64,000 nucleotides of DNA, from the NCBI GenBank assembly GCA_018716885.1, contig DVJI01000013.1:10794-74793 (forward strand), read 5' to 3'. The notes beneath the pieces are model-generated. The model saw only the letters and a list, made by a program, of their open reading frames with translations, was not told the DNA's origin and did no database searches. This DNA is from Candidatus Enterousia intestinigallinarum (GTDB lineage: Bacteria > Pseudomonadota > Alphaproteobacteria > Rs-D84). Positions 28,338-38,202 of the stretch are shown here, piece after piece (positions within the stretch are counted from its first letter, which is position 1; the number at the start of each line of letters is the position of its first letter). The position numbers and the translations under genes were made by a program.

Positions 28338-29966
28338 CTAGTTCAATGGTGCGCCCCAATGTTGCTGTATGGTGCGTTCCGCATCCATCGGGCTGACCAA
28401 GACCTGTGGTGTCAGGATAACAACCAACACATCGCGCGTCGCCGTTGTTTCACGCGACCCAGACAGTGCCATAAAGTCCGGATCCCCTAACCCATAGCGA
28501 GTGTCATTATTTTCCTGCTTTTCAAATCCGGATACAACCAACATCTGGCCGGATTCCATAATAACCTCTTGCATAAAGCTACGTTCTTCTACCTCTGGCA
28601 GCTGCAGGGTTACTTCGCCAATCGTCTGTGTTGACATACGCAACAGTTCACGAACCGACATTCTGAACAGCAATAATATCTTGCCATTTTCCAAAACGTT
28701 CGGCAGTAACTGCATTGAAAATCCGGTTTCCAAATCGTCCTGGTCAACGGTACTGGATTCAACGGTCGTAAAGTTGCGCGATTCGAAACGTTTGATATAT
28801 CCAGTTGTACGTGTATTGTTCACCGGCGCGACACGATTGTTTCGCGTTGTAACGCCAACATTAGTAACCAAAGACACCTTGCCCTGCTTGGCCAACGCCT
28901 GAATCAAGGCATCTGTACCCGCCAATGCGGACAATGAACCGTTTTGAATCTGATCCTGGGTGTATGCACCGGCAACTGTTTCGGTACCCTCCAGATGGGT
29001 CGCACCAGTCGCCGCAGACACCGCATTGGACAAAACGGCAATGTTCATAGAACTGGCCTCGGTACTGGTCAGATTGTTTTTCGGATTTGCAACGATATTC
29101 AACCCGGACGCAGAATTTATCGCCGCCGCCAGATTTAACCCAAACGCCGAATCGTTGGATATAGATACCTGCAGAACCTTTACATCAATGGTAACCAACT
29201 GTGACAGACGTTTGTTTTGGCGATCAATATAATCGGACACACGTGCCAATGTTGACGGTGGCGCCGTAACAGTTATTGTGCCCAAACTGCGCGACACAGT
29301 AAAGTTCGCGTTATCAACATCACCAATGATTGTTTCTATGGCATTTTCAATTTCATCCCATTCCTTCAGCGTGGATTCCAACGACACAGTATTTCCGTCA
29401 TCGGTTTCAACAGCAGTCTGGTATGAAACATCTGTTCCCAACGCATATAAAGTGAAGGTTCTTGTTTCCGTTTCATAGAAAACAATAGAAGATTTATCAT
29501 AATACCACAATAAATCCAAGTCCGTCGCCACCTGGGACAACAGGCCTGACAAACTGCCAGTATATGCAACGTTTATAGTTTTCTTTAATTTTTCAGAATT
29601 TATCTGGTTATCAATTTTGACCGGTATGCCAGTTATTGAAGTGATATCATTGGCCAGCATACTTAAACTGACGGGTTCATTCAACAAAATCGTAATTCCC
29701 GTACTGGTTTCAAACTGCGACGGCAGATTGTTACGATGTTCCAATAATGTTGACGATGCCCCCAACCAGACACCTTCGGACATAGAAACGGTATCGCCAC
29801 TGGCCACCTTGGCCGGCGGATTTTTAGACATTTCGAACGCATCGTATGCGTTTATAAAGTCCTGGTCAACAGATGCCGCAACTTTGGCGGATTCCTTGGT
29901 GGCGCATCCCGCAACCATTGCGCCCAAAACGCCGCACATAACGAAAAATTTTATTGGGTTGGTCAT
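28338..29966 (-). CDS. Secretin-family outer-membrane lipoprotein (type IVb pilus / PilN-BfpB-like)
   Basis: Lipobox MVAGC. C-terminal secretin domain (VTIDVKVLQVS..., GFEKQENNDTRYGLGDP..., LVVILTPQVL). Confidence 0.6.
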   Translation of the reverse strand: MTNPIKFFVMCGVLGAMVAGCATKESAKVAASVDQDFINAYDAFEMSKNPPAKVASGDTVSMSEGVWLGASSTLLEHRNNLPSQFETSTGITILLNEPVSLSMLANDITSITGIPVKIDNQINSEKLKKTINVAYTGSLSGLLSQVATDLDLLWYYDKSSIVFYETETRTFTLYALGTDVSYQTAVETDDGNTVSLESTLKEWDEIENAIETIIGDVDNANFTVSRSLGTITVTAPPSTLARVSDYIDRQNKRLSQLVTIDVKVLQVSISNDSAFGLNLAAAINSASGLNIVANPKNNLTSTEASSMNIAVLSNAVSAATGATHLEGTETVAGAYTQDQIQNGSLSALAGTDALIQALAKQGKVSLVTNVGVTTRNNRVAPVNNTRTTGYIKRFESRNFTTVESSTVDQDDLETGFSMQLLPNVLENGKILLLFRMSVRELLRMSTQTIGEVTLQLPEVEERSFMQEVIMESGQMLVVSGFEKQENNDTRYGLGDPDFMALSGSRETTATRDVLVVILTPQVLVSPMDAERTIQQHWGAPLN

Positions 29967-29997
29967 ATCTTTATTTTCTCCTACGGCAAACTATGAC

Positions 29998-30906
29998 TTA
30001 TTCTTCTGTTGTGGAAATCACCAAAACGCGATTTCCCTTATAGAATTTAGCATACGGTATCGGTGTTGCGCGTGCAAAGTTTCGAACCAGCGCAGACGCC
30101 ACATCGACAAAGCGACCCTTGAACACGGCACTGGCCTCAATCGGATATTCACGCGATGTCGCCCAAACCAAATCCCAGCCCTCTTTATTGCACCAATCTT
30201 GCAACACTTCACGCAGTGTCTGACCATTGGCAACGACCCAGGAACGCACCTGGTCGGTTAAAGTAACTGGTGCTTCGGCATCGGCAGAAATATCAACAGC
30301 GATTTCCGCATCCAACGCTTCTGTTGCTTCGTTCGCGGCGGCAATTTCTTCCTCACTCATACCAAATTTAGCCATAAATGCTTCATATCCGTCGCGATAC
30401 TGAGTGCAATCCTGGCGACTGCTGCGCGACACTGACAAAACGGTGCCCCCGTCATCTTCCAACATTTCGCGCGACAGCAACGGCATTTCCGCCCCACTTT
30501 TGCACGGATCATCAAATCCGGCCGGCACCTGGGTCCCGTGCAGCATATTCGCCCCACCAGACCAACCGTTAAAATCACCATCCGTCGTACGTCCCAAATT
30601 GAAATTATTTTCAACAACTAAATCCGCACCGATTTTTGAAACTATACGAATATTATCCTTGTTCTTATTACCTGAACAGGCCCCGTCTTCACACGCGACG
30701 GTCACGTCCGCATCTGACCCCGGAATCGGCCACACAGGCACCTGCTGAGTATTATCAACCTGAACGGTTTGCGTTTCGGTTGCAACAGGTTCAGTGGAAT
30801 AATAAACCTCTGACGTGACGACCTGGGGCAGATTTGTATTTTCTGCTGCGAAACAGTATCCGGCCGCGGTTGCAAACATTGCGACAATAAGAATCTTGCG
30901 GAACAT
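29998..30906 (-). CDS. Periplasmic protein with a C-terminal TcpQ/PilL-like domain
   Basis: Start MFRKILIVAMFATAAGYCFA. The C-terminus WCNKEGWDLVW...KGNRVLVIST resembles the TcpQ domain found next to T4b secretins. Confidence 0.35.
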   Translation of the reverse strand: MFRKILIVAMFATAAGYCFAAENTNLPQVVTSEVYYSTEPVATETQTVQVDNTQQVPVWPIPGSDADVTVACEDGACSGNKNKDNIRIVSKIGADLVVENNFNLGRTTDGDFNGWSGGANMLHGTQVPAGFDDPCKSGAEMPLLSREMLEDDGGTVLSVSRSSRQDCTQYRDGYEAFMAKFGMSEEEIAAANEATEALDAEIAVDISADAEAPVTLTDQVRSWVVANGQTLREVLQDWCNKEGWDLVWATSREYPIEASAVFKGRFVDVASALVRNFARATPIPYAKFYKGNRVLVISTTEE

Positions 30907-31093
30907 AAAAACTTCCTTTCCTGAACGTTTTACATATTTATTACATATTATTATAACAATTTGACCGAATCTGTGCAAGATTAAAACGCACTGAAAATAA
31001 CGGATAAATACACACGCAAAGATAAAATCGCACGAATCGGCAAAAGATGCTATACTAAAACCCGATAAAGGCAAAATACCGCGGGGGACACAT

Positions 31094-31639
31094 ATGCAGG
31101 ACACATTGATAATCGCCGCAATAGGCATCGTTTTTTTGGTACAGATTGCAATACTGTATTTTATATACACAACAAACACACGTGTTCGTGATGTGACAAA
31201 AACACTGACGCATCAATATAACCTTATTGTAAAAATTCAGTCCACTTTGAAAAACAAGTCCGCAACAAACGCGGTTGCCGAAAACGCAGAAATGATTTAC
31301 CAGGATCTATTGCAAAACCTGATACCAATTATGGCGGCGATTGACGTGATGCCACGCGCGACATCGGAACATCCGTTGTGGCGGGCATTGGGCGGAATTA
31401 TGGACGAATACGCAAAAAATCCGTTTGCATTGGAAAAATTACGCCGCTGCATCAAACTGGACGCCGAAGTTGCCCGCAGCGTCGATAATTATATGAACCG
31501 CGCAGACGCGTTTTTGAACCATTTGACAACAACCGATCCGGATGGAATATTATCCGCAACGTTTACAGACGGCCTGTTGGGACAATCACTGACTTTTTTT
31601 GCCCAGGCAAAACAACTGGCCGCCCAGACAACAGAATAA
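31094..31639 (+). CDS. Hypothetical membrane-anchored protein
   Basis: Single N-terminal TM helix. Confidence 0.4.
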   Translation: MQDTLIIAAIGIVFLVQIAILYFIYTTNTRVRDVTKTLTHQYNLIVKIQSTLKNKSATNAVAENAEMIYQDLLQNLIPIMAAIDVMPRATSEHPLWRALGGIMDEYAKNPFALEKLRRCIKLDAEVARSVDNYMNRADAFLNHLTTTDPDGILSATFTDGLLGQSLTFFAQAKQLAAQTTE

Positions 31640-31642
31640 TTT

Positions 31643-32980
31643 ATGCCGACACTGTCTGAAAATCTTATCCGCGAAATATCAAGTGCACGTGGCGAACCGG
31701 CCTGGTTATTGGATTGGCGATGTGCGGCGTTGGTGGCGTGGAAAAAAATGACCGAGCCACACTGGGCCGAAATCGACTATGCCCCGATTGATTATGATGC
31801 GCTGAATTATTATAACGAACCAAAGCCAGTTGATAATTCCGATTTGCGCGCAACATATGAAAAAATGGGACTGCCCGACGGTGAACAGCGTGCCCTGTTG
31901 GGTATGGCAACAGACACGGTCATAGACAGCCGGTCTGTTCACACATCATACACGGACGAATTAAAAAAACTGGGTATAATATTTTTGCCTTTTTCAGATG
32001 CGGTAAGACAATACCCAGAACTGGTAAAAAAATATCTGGGAACGGTTGTACCCGCGACGGATAACTTCTTTGCCGCACTGAATGCCGCCGTATTTTCGGA
32101 CGGCACATTTGTATATGTCCCGCCGAACACCAAATGTCCCATTGACCTGGCCAGTTATTTTAGAATAGAAACCGCAAAAATCGGTCAATTTGAACGAACG
32201 CTGATTATCGCAGATAATGGCGCGCAGTTGAGTTATATGGAGGGCTGCAGTGCCCCGCGGCGTCCAAATCACCAACTGCACAGCGGCGTTGTGGAAATCA
32301 TAGCGCACGATAACGCCACTGTTCGCTATGCAACGGTGCAGAACTGGTATGCTGGTGATTATTCCGCAAATAAAAAACGCGAATCCAGTGGCGGCATTTT
32401 GAATTTTGTTACCAAGCGCGGCCGTTGCGACCGCGGGGCACGGTTGGACTGGACCCAGGTAGAAGTCGGATCCGCAATGACGTGGAAATATCCGTCAACG
32501 ATACTGGCCGGCGACGGTTCGATGTCTGATTTTTATTCACTGGCGATAACACGCGGCGGTCAACAGGCCGACACCGGCACAAAAATGATTCACGCCGGCA
32601 ACAACACCGTATCAAACATAGTATCATATGGCGTTGCACTGGACACGTCGCGCCAAACATTTCGCAGTTTGGTCAGTTTTTCCGGCCACGGTGGCAAAAA
32701 CGCATCAAAGTGCGACACACGCCTGATTGGGAACGATGCTGTGGCAAACACACTGCCGACAATAATTCACGGCAACGGCGACAACCTGCAAAGCCACGAA
32801 GCCACCACCGGTGCAATCGACGCCACACAACTGCAATTTTTGATGCAGGCCGGTATTGATGAAGACACCGCAACGGCACTGATTATCGGGGCAGCGGCGG
32901 CGCCGATTATATCGCGTCTGCCGATGGAATTTTTGGTTGAATCGAAACAGTTGATTCAAATGGCGTTGTCACGAAAATAA
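31643..32980 (+). CDS. sufB: Fe-S cluster assembly protein SufB
   Basis: YATVQNWY..GGILNFVTKRG.C...WTQVEVGSAMTWKYPS...QQADTGTKMIH matches the SufB core. Confidence 0.85.
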   Translation: MPTLSENLIREISSARGEPAWLLDWRCAALVAWKKMTEPHWAEIDYAPIDYDALNYYNEPKPVDNSDLRATYEKMGLPDGEQRALLGMATDTVIDSRSVHTSYTDELKKLGIIFLPFSDAVRQYPELVKKYLGTVVPATDNFFAALNAAVFSDGTFVYVPPNTKCPIDLASYFRIETAKIGQFERTLIIADNGAQLSYMEGCSAPRRPNHQLHSGVVEIIAHDNATVRYATVQNWYAGDYSANKKRESSGGILNFVTKRGRCDRGARLDWTQVEVGSAMTWKYPSTILAGDGSMSDFYSLAITRGGQQADTGTKMIHAGNNTVSNIVSYGVALDTSRQTFRSLVSFSGHGGKNASKCDTRLIGNDAVANTLPTIIHGNGDNLQSHEATTGAIDATQLQFLMQAGIDEDTATALIIGAAAAPIISRLPMEFLVESKQLIQMALSRK

Positions 32981-32997
32981 AACAGAACGGAAACCAT

Positions 32998-33675
32998 ATG
33001 CTAAAAATAGAAAATTTGTCTGTATCGCTGGACGGGAAACAGTTATTGACCGACATAAATATGACGGTGGCACGCGGTGCACGCCATTTGTTGTCTGGTC
33101 ATAATGGGTCTGGCAAATCGACACTGGTTGGCACCATTGCCGGCAATCCAGAATATCACGTTGATGCGGGCCGCATAATATTTGACGGCCGCGACATAAC
33201 AAATGAAAACACCACAACACGCGCATTGATGGGAATTTTTCTGGGGGCACAAAACGTTCCGGAAATACCTGGATTGACAGTATTGAGTTTTTTGAAACAC
33301 TCAGCCGCCGCGCATCGGCACTTTGACACCGGTCGTGACCTGTCTATGGGCGAGTTTTTGCAGAATCTGGAAGACGCGCGTGAAAAACTGAACATACCGC
33401 GCGATTGGCTGAACCGCAGCATAAACGTCGGTTTTTCTGGTGGCGAACGCAAGCGTCTGATGTTGTTGCGTCTGATTATGACGACACCCAAACTGGCGAT
33501 ATTAGATGAACCAGATTCTGGCGCAGACGCATCGGTTCAGACACAAATAGTCCAAACAATGCGCGAAATGACAGAAACAACATTTTTGTTCATCAGTCAT
33601 CAGCAGCACTTTACCGATATGGTGCAGCCGACCCATATAACAACTTTGTCGGCCGGCAAAGTTATGATAGAATAA
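32998..33675 (+). CDS. sufC: Fe-S cluster assembly ATPase SufC
   Basis: Walker A GHNGSGKST, ABC signature, Walker B LDEPDSG. Confidence 0.9.
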   Translation: MLKIENLSVSLDGKQLLTDINMTVARGARHLLSGHNGSGKSTLVGTIAGNPEYHVDAGRIIFDGRDITNENTTTRALMGIFLGAQNVPEIPGLTVLSFLKHSAAAHRHFDTGRDLSMGEFLQNLEDAREKLNIPRDWLNRSINVGFSGGERKRLMLLRLIMTTPKLAILDEPDSGADASVQTQIVQTMREMTETTFLFISHQQHFTDMVQPTHITTLSAGKVMIE

Positions 33676-33701
33676 AACCATAAATGTAAAAAGGATTAAA
33701 T

Positions 33702-34598
33702 ATGGCGTATCATAAATCACTGTCACTGTTGTCGTGGGTTTTATGGCAACCGCTGAAATTTGCGGTTATATCTTTTCTGATGATAATGCTGGTGATTATG
33801 ATGTTTGGAATAATTGCCCCCGACGCATCGCCGGCATCAGTTTCTTTGGCCGTACTGGTCGCATTTGTGGCCGCCGCATTTGCAACATACTATAAACTGC
33901 CACGTGAAAATATGGACAGACGTGGATTTGTTGCATTAAACAATGCCCAGATGACAATCGTTGCGACAATCTTTAGCGTTGCTATGTCCATAATTGTCAC
34001 ATACAAAAACGCGATTGCTATGAAACTGATGTGGTTTTACACACACTTTAATGCAACGGATGCAATTATTATCTGTGCAGTATTGCTATTGTTTTTATAC
34101 CTGTGCGGAATATTTGTAACAAACCTGTATGCAAAATACCGCAGATGTCGCGAAATGGGAATTGCGCCGTGGAAAATAATATGCTCTATGCCGTTTGGAT
34201 TCTCATTGCTGTGGACACCAGGATATCTGCTTGATGACACTGACAAAGGTGCACCCGCTGTCGCGGTTCACGCAAAATGGTACAAGCAACTGACAAACTG
34301 GATTATTTCACGACCGATATACACGACATTGGCATTTGCCCTGATTACAATATATTCTATATTTTTCTATGGCCGGCGCGCGGTGATGGTAACGCTGGCC
34401 TGTGCGGTCGTGTTCGCATTGTGGTATCGCGTGACTGGCCTGGCCGGTTTTCGCCAGCAACAGGGACGCAAATACGCCCTGTTCGCGATTGCGGTAAATA
34501 TTGTAATACTGGCGTGTGTAATCGCACACCAAGTACATATATCAAATATGGACATAACAACAATAAACATCAGCGATGTTGCAACAACACAAATGTAA
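33702..34598 (+). CDS. Hypothetical polytopic membrane protein
   Basis: About 8 hydrophobic helices. No family recognised. Confidence 0.4.
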   Translation: MAYHKSLSLLSWVLWQPLKFAVISFLMIMLVIMMFGIIAPDASPASVSLAVLVAFVAAAFATYYKLPRENMDRRGFVALNNAQMTIVATIFSVAMSIIVTYKNAIAMKLMWFYTHFNATDAIIICAVLLLFLYLCGIFVTNLYAKYRRCREMGIAPWKIICSMPFGFSLLWTPGYLLDDTDKGAPAVAVHAKWYKQLTNWIISRPIYTTLAFALITIYSIFFYGRRAVMVTLACAVVFALWYRVTGLAGFRQQQGRKYALFAIAVNIVILACVIAHQVHISNMDITTINISDVATTQM

Positions 34599-34640
34599 AA
34601 AACACGCTTGATACACGTGACAGCGGCATAGGAGGTTTTT

Positions 34641-35690
34641 ATGAACGGTATAATTTTATTTGTTGCACTTATTTTGTTCCTGTGGTTGGGACGTTCGATT
34701 TTAATACCGTTGCTGGTGGCAACGTTTTTATGGTACCTGATAAACGCAACGGCAACATACTGTCGCAAATTGTTCCCGTTTAATTCTGACACAGACAGAA
34801 AATCACGTCCTGTTATTTCACGGGCGTTCGACTGGACATCAAATGTTCTGGCTGTTATTGCAATGTGCATACTGATATATTTCTTTGCAACACAAATTCA
34901 GCCGATGTTCCGTGAACTGGTGGCCGCCCTGCCCGGTCTGCAGCATAAATTCGTTCAATTTACCGACTATCTGACACGGTCAGTCGGGTTGCGCTTTGAC
35001 GCCAGTATGTTGCCGAACATTGCAAATATTGCCACAAACATAGGGGCTTCGGTTGCCGGAATTGTAACATCAACCGGAATGATTTTGGTGTATATGATAT
35101 TCTTGTTTGTGGAACAAAGCACATTTAATAAAAAATTCGCCGCACTGTTTCCTAATAAAACAAAGTATAAAAAGGTGCGCTATATCGTCGACAGCATTGA
35201 TGAAAATATGAAAAAATATCTGTTTATGAAAACTGTGTTATCTGGCATTACCGGTATATTGTCATATTTCTGGTTACAGATGATAGGTGTTGAATTTGCA
35301 GGCATATGGGCATTTATAGTATTTATTACCAGTTATATTCCGACAATCGGCGCGATTGTGGCGTGTGCTTTGCCGATACTGTATTCGCTGATAACCGCCC
35401 CATCGTTGCAGCAGCCGATTTTAACCGCCGTCGGACTGATAGCGCTGCAGGTTATATTCGGCAACATACTGGAACCAAAATTCACGGGCAAGACGCTGAA
35501 CCTGTCGACATTGGCGATATTGATAAACCTGGTATTCTGGGGGATGATTTGGGGAATTGCCGGAATGTTTTTCAGTGTGCCGTTACTGGTTGCAATATTC
35601 ATCATCACGGCGCAATTTGATTCCACCAGGTGGATTGCGGTTTTATTATCAGCAGACGGAAAAATCCCGGACAAGCGTGACGACGACTAA
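34641..35690 (+). CDS. AI-2E family transporter (PerM/UPF0118)
   Basis: 349 aa with 8 TM helices and typical AI-2E topology. Confidence 0.7.
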   Translation: MNGIILFVALILFLWLGRSILIPLLVATFLWYLINATATYCRKLFPFNSDTDRKSRPVISRAFDWTSNVLAVIAMCILIYFFATQIQPMFRELVAALPGLQHKFVQFTDYLTRSVGLRFDASMLPNIANIATNIGASVAGIVTSTGMILVYMIFLFVEQSTFNKKFAALFPNKTKYKKVRYIVDSIDENMKKYLFMKTVLSGITGILSYFWLQMIGVEFAGIWAFIVFITSYIPTIGAIVACALPILYSLITAPSLQQPILTAVGLIALQVIFGNILEPKFTGKTLNLSTLAILINLVFWGMIWGIAGMFFSVPLLVAIFIITAQFDSTRWIAVLLSADGKIPDKRDDD

Positions 35691-35753
35691 AATCCACACC
35701 AGTCACAACAATAACAAAAAACGGTGCTATATGCACCGTTTCTGCTTTTTTTG

Positions 35754-36206
35754 CTATTTCAATCTGTTTATCATTGCAATCGCGTTTTCCAAAATTACAC
35801 GCGCAGCGGCCGAATCCAAATCACGCTTTATATCCGCCACGCGGACCCGCCCCATTTCGTCCTGGGCCGCGCGACTGGTTAAATTTTCATCTATAAACAC
35901 AATCGGCAAATCGGTGTATGTGGCAATTTCCACCGCGCACGCACGTACAGCATTAGTTGTGTCGGACTCACTACCGTCCATATATCGTGGCAATCCAATA
36001 ACAATTCCGACCGCTTTTTCGGTTACCGCAAAATCGGCAATCTGACGTGCAACAGATGCCCCGCCCCGCACTACCATAATTGGTGGACGCACAAACACAA
36101 ATTCACGTGTTTCGTCTGATATGGCAACCCCGGTACGTCGTGCACCCCAATCGATACCAATAATGCGCCCAGTGCGCGGAAAATCGTTGAAATTCGGCAA
36201 AATCAT
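35754..36206 (-). CDS. ruvX: Holliday-junction resolvase-like RuvX/YqgF
   Basis: IGIDWGARRTGVAISD start motif. 150 aa. Confidence 0.85.
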   Translation of the reverse strand: MILPNFNDFPRTGRIIGIDWGARRTGVAISDETREFVFVRPPIMVVRGGASVARQIADFAVTEKAVGIVIGLPRYMDGSESDTTNAVRACAVEIATYTDLPIVFIDENLTSRAAQDEMGRVRVADIKRDLDSAAARVILENAIAMINRLK

Positions 36207-36258
36207 TGTATAATTTTCCTTAAAGTTTTTTTATTGTATAAACAGAATAGGATTCGAA

Positions 36259-36552
36259 ATGGCATTTAGCAAGCAACAATTAAAAAAATTTGCCGACTTG
36301 ATAAGAATTGATATTCCAGACGATAAATTGGAACAAATGAATATCGATTCTGTGATTGACTGGTTGGATAAACTGCAACAGATTGACACAACTGGCGTGG
36401 AACCGATGCTGAATCCGGCGGAACATAAACTGCCGCGACGTGCGGACGTGGTTACCGACGGCAATATACGCGACGCGGTTTTGGCGAACGACCCGGATAA
36501 TGCCGGTGTATCACGCGGCTATTTTGCCGTGCCCAAGGTTATGGATGAATAA
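36259..36552 (+). CDS. gatC: Glu/Asp-tRNA amidotransferase subunit C
   Basis: 97 aa GatC. Confidence 0.85.
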   Translation: MAFSKQQLKKFADLIRIDIPDDKLEQMNIDSVIDWLDKLQQIDTTGVEPMLNPAEHKLPRRADVVTDGNIRDAVLANDPDNAGVSRGYFAVPKVMDE

Positions 36553-36561
36553 TAAAAACAT

Positions 36562-38040
36562 TTGGATATTACTATGATAGACCTGACAATTACAGAAGCA
36601 TTGGAAAAATTGAAATCACGCGAAATCAGCGCAACCGAATTGACCCACGCATATTTGGACAGAATTGAAAAATACGGCGCGGATTTAAATTGTTATATAA
36701 CCGTCACACCGGAACGCGCACTGTCAGATGCGGCGGCGGCGGATGCGCGATATGCGAACGGCGACGCGCTGCCACTGGATGGTATTCCAATCGCGATGAA
36801 GGATTTGTTTGCCACACGCGGAATCCGCACAACCGCAGCGTCGCATATGCTGGAAAACTTTGTTCCGCAATATGAATCATCCGTTTCACAAAAATTCATA
36901 GACGCTGGCACGGTTTTACTGGGTAAATCAAACCTGGATGAATTTGCAATGGGCACGTTCAGCAAGACCAGTTACTTTGGTGCACCCGTAAATCCGTGGC
37001 AAATTGAACGTAAATTGACCGCTGGCGGCTCGTCAGGTGGTACAACCAGTGCGGTTGCATCTGGTCTGGCCATTGGTGGCACGGGTACCGATACAGGCGG
37101 CTCAATTCGCTTTCCGTCGGCAATAACCGGACTGGTTGGTATGAAACCAACGTACGGCCTGTGCAGTCGATGGGGCTGTGTGGCGTTTGCATCCAGTTTG
37201 GACACCCCTGGTCCGATTGCGCGCACCGTTGACGATGCGGCACTGCTATTGGGTGCAATGGCCGGTCACGATTCAAAGGATTCAACCAGCGCTGATGCAG
37301 GATTTGATGCACATACACCGTTACAACCAATTTTAGGTGACGGCAAAAAACTGCGTATCGGACGCATCAAGGAATTTGCCGACGTTGAAATATCGCCCGA
37401 TATGCGGCGCCTGTTTGATGCACGCATTGCCGACCTGAAATCCATCGGTGCGGAAATTGTTGATGTATCTATTCCAAATATCTTGGACGCGTTGGCAGCA
37501 TATTATATCATTGCCCCGGCCGAAGCATCATCAAACCTGGCACGCTATGACGGTATGCGCTATGGTTTGCGCGTTGATGGCACCGATTTGATAGATACGT
37601 ATAAAAAGACGCGTGCCGCCGGCTTTGGCGAAGAAGTTCAACGCCGTATGATTGTTGGTACGGCCGTATTATCCAGCGAATCGTACGAGGTTTATTTTAT
37701 GCAGGCCGCCCGTGTTCGCCGTATGATTGCGGACAGTTTTACCCGCGCGTTTGAACAATGTGACCTGATTATGTGCCCGGCCAGCGCCAGCACGGCAATG
37801 CCATTGGATTCGGATTTGACACCATTGGAATACTATGCGTTGGATCTGTTCACGGTTGCGATGAACCTGGCGGGCGTGCCAGCGTGCAGCGTGCCGGCCG
37901 GTCTGGCAGAAAACGGGTTGCCGTTGGGGATTCAGGTTGTCGGTCGTCGTTTTGACGATATGCGCGTACTGCAGCTGGCCAAACACATAGAACAATTCGC
38001 GGGCATTGATAACCGCCCAACGAAAATAATGGGGAAATAA
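36562..38040 (+). CDS. gatA: Glu/Asp-tRNA amidotransferase subunit A
   Basis: Amidase signature GGSSGG and the Ser-cisSer-Lys triad region. Confidence 0.9.
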   Translation: MDITMIDLTITEALEKLKSREISATELTHAYLDRIEKYGADLNCYITVTPERALSDAAAADARYANGDALPLDGIPIAMKDLFATRGIRTTAASHMLENFVPQYESSVSQKFIDAGTVLLGKSNLDEFAMGTFSKTSYFGAPVNPWQIERKLTAGGSSGGTTSAVASGLAIGGTGTDTGGSIRFPSAITGLVGMKPTYGLCSRWGCVAFASSLDTPGPIARTVDDAALLLGAMAGHDSKDSTSADAGFDAHTPLQPILGDGKKLRIGRIKEFADVEISPDMRRLFDARIADLKSIGAEIVDVSIPNILDALAAYYIIAPAEASSNLARYDGMRYGLRVDGTDLIDTYKKTRAAGFGEEVQRRMIVGTAVLSSESYEVYFMQAARVRRMIADSFTRAFEQCDLIMCPASASTAMPLDSDLTPLEYYALDLFTVAMNLAGVPACSVPAGLAENGLPLGIQVVGRRFDDMRVLQLAKHIEQFAGIDNRPTKIMGK

Positions 38041-38073
38041 AAAACGACCATAACGGCCGAACTAGAAAGGAGA

Positions 38074-38150
38074 TGGTGGCTAGGAACGGAATCGAACCGC
38101 TGACACAGGGATTTTCAGTCCCTTGCTCTACCAACTGAGCTACCTAGCCA
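38074..38150 (-). tRNA. tRNA-Phe (GAA)
   Basis: Cloverleaf GGCTAGG/TAGCTCAGTTGGTAGAGC/AGGGACTGAAAATCCCT/.../GGTTCGATTCC/CCTAGCCACCA. Anticodon GAA. CCA encoded. Confidence 0.85.
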
Positions 38151-38202
38151 ACGTGAGACGCATAATAAGATATCAAAAGAAAAAAAGCAAGGAAAAATAA
38201 AA

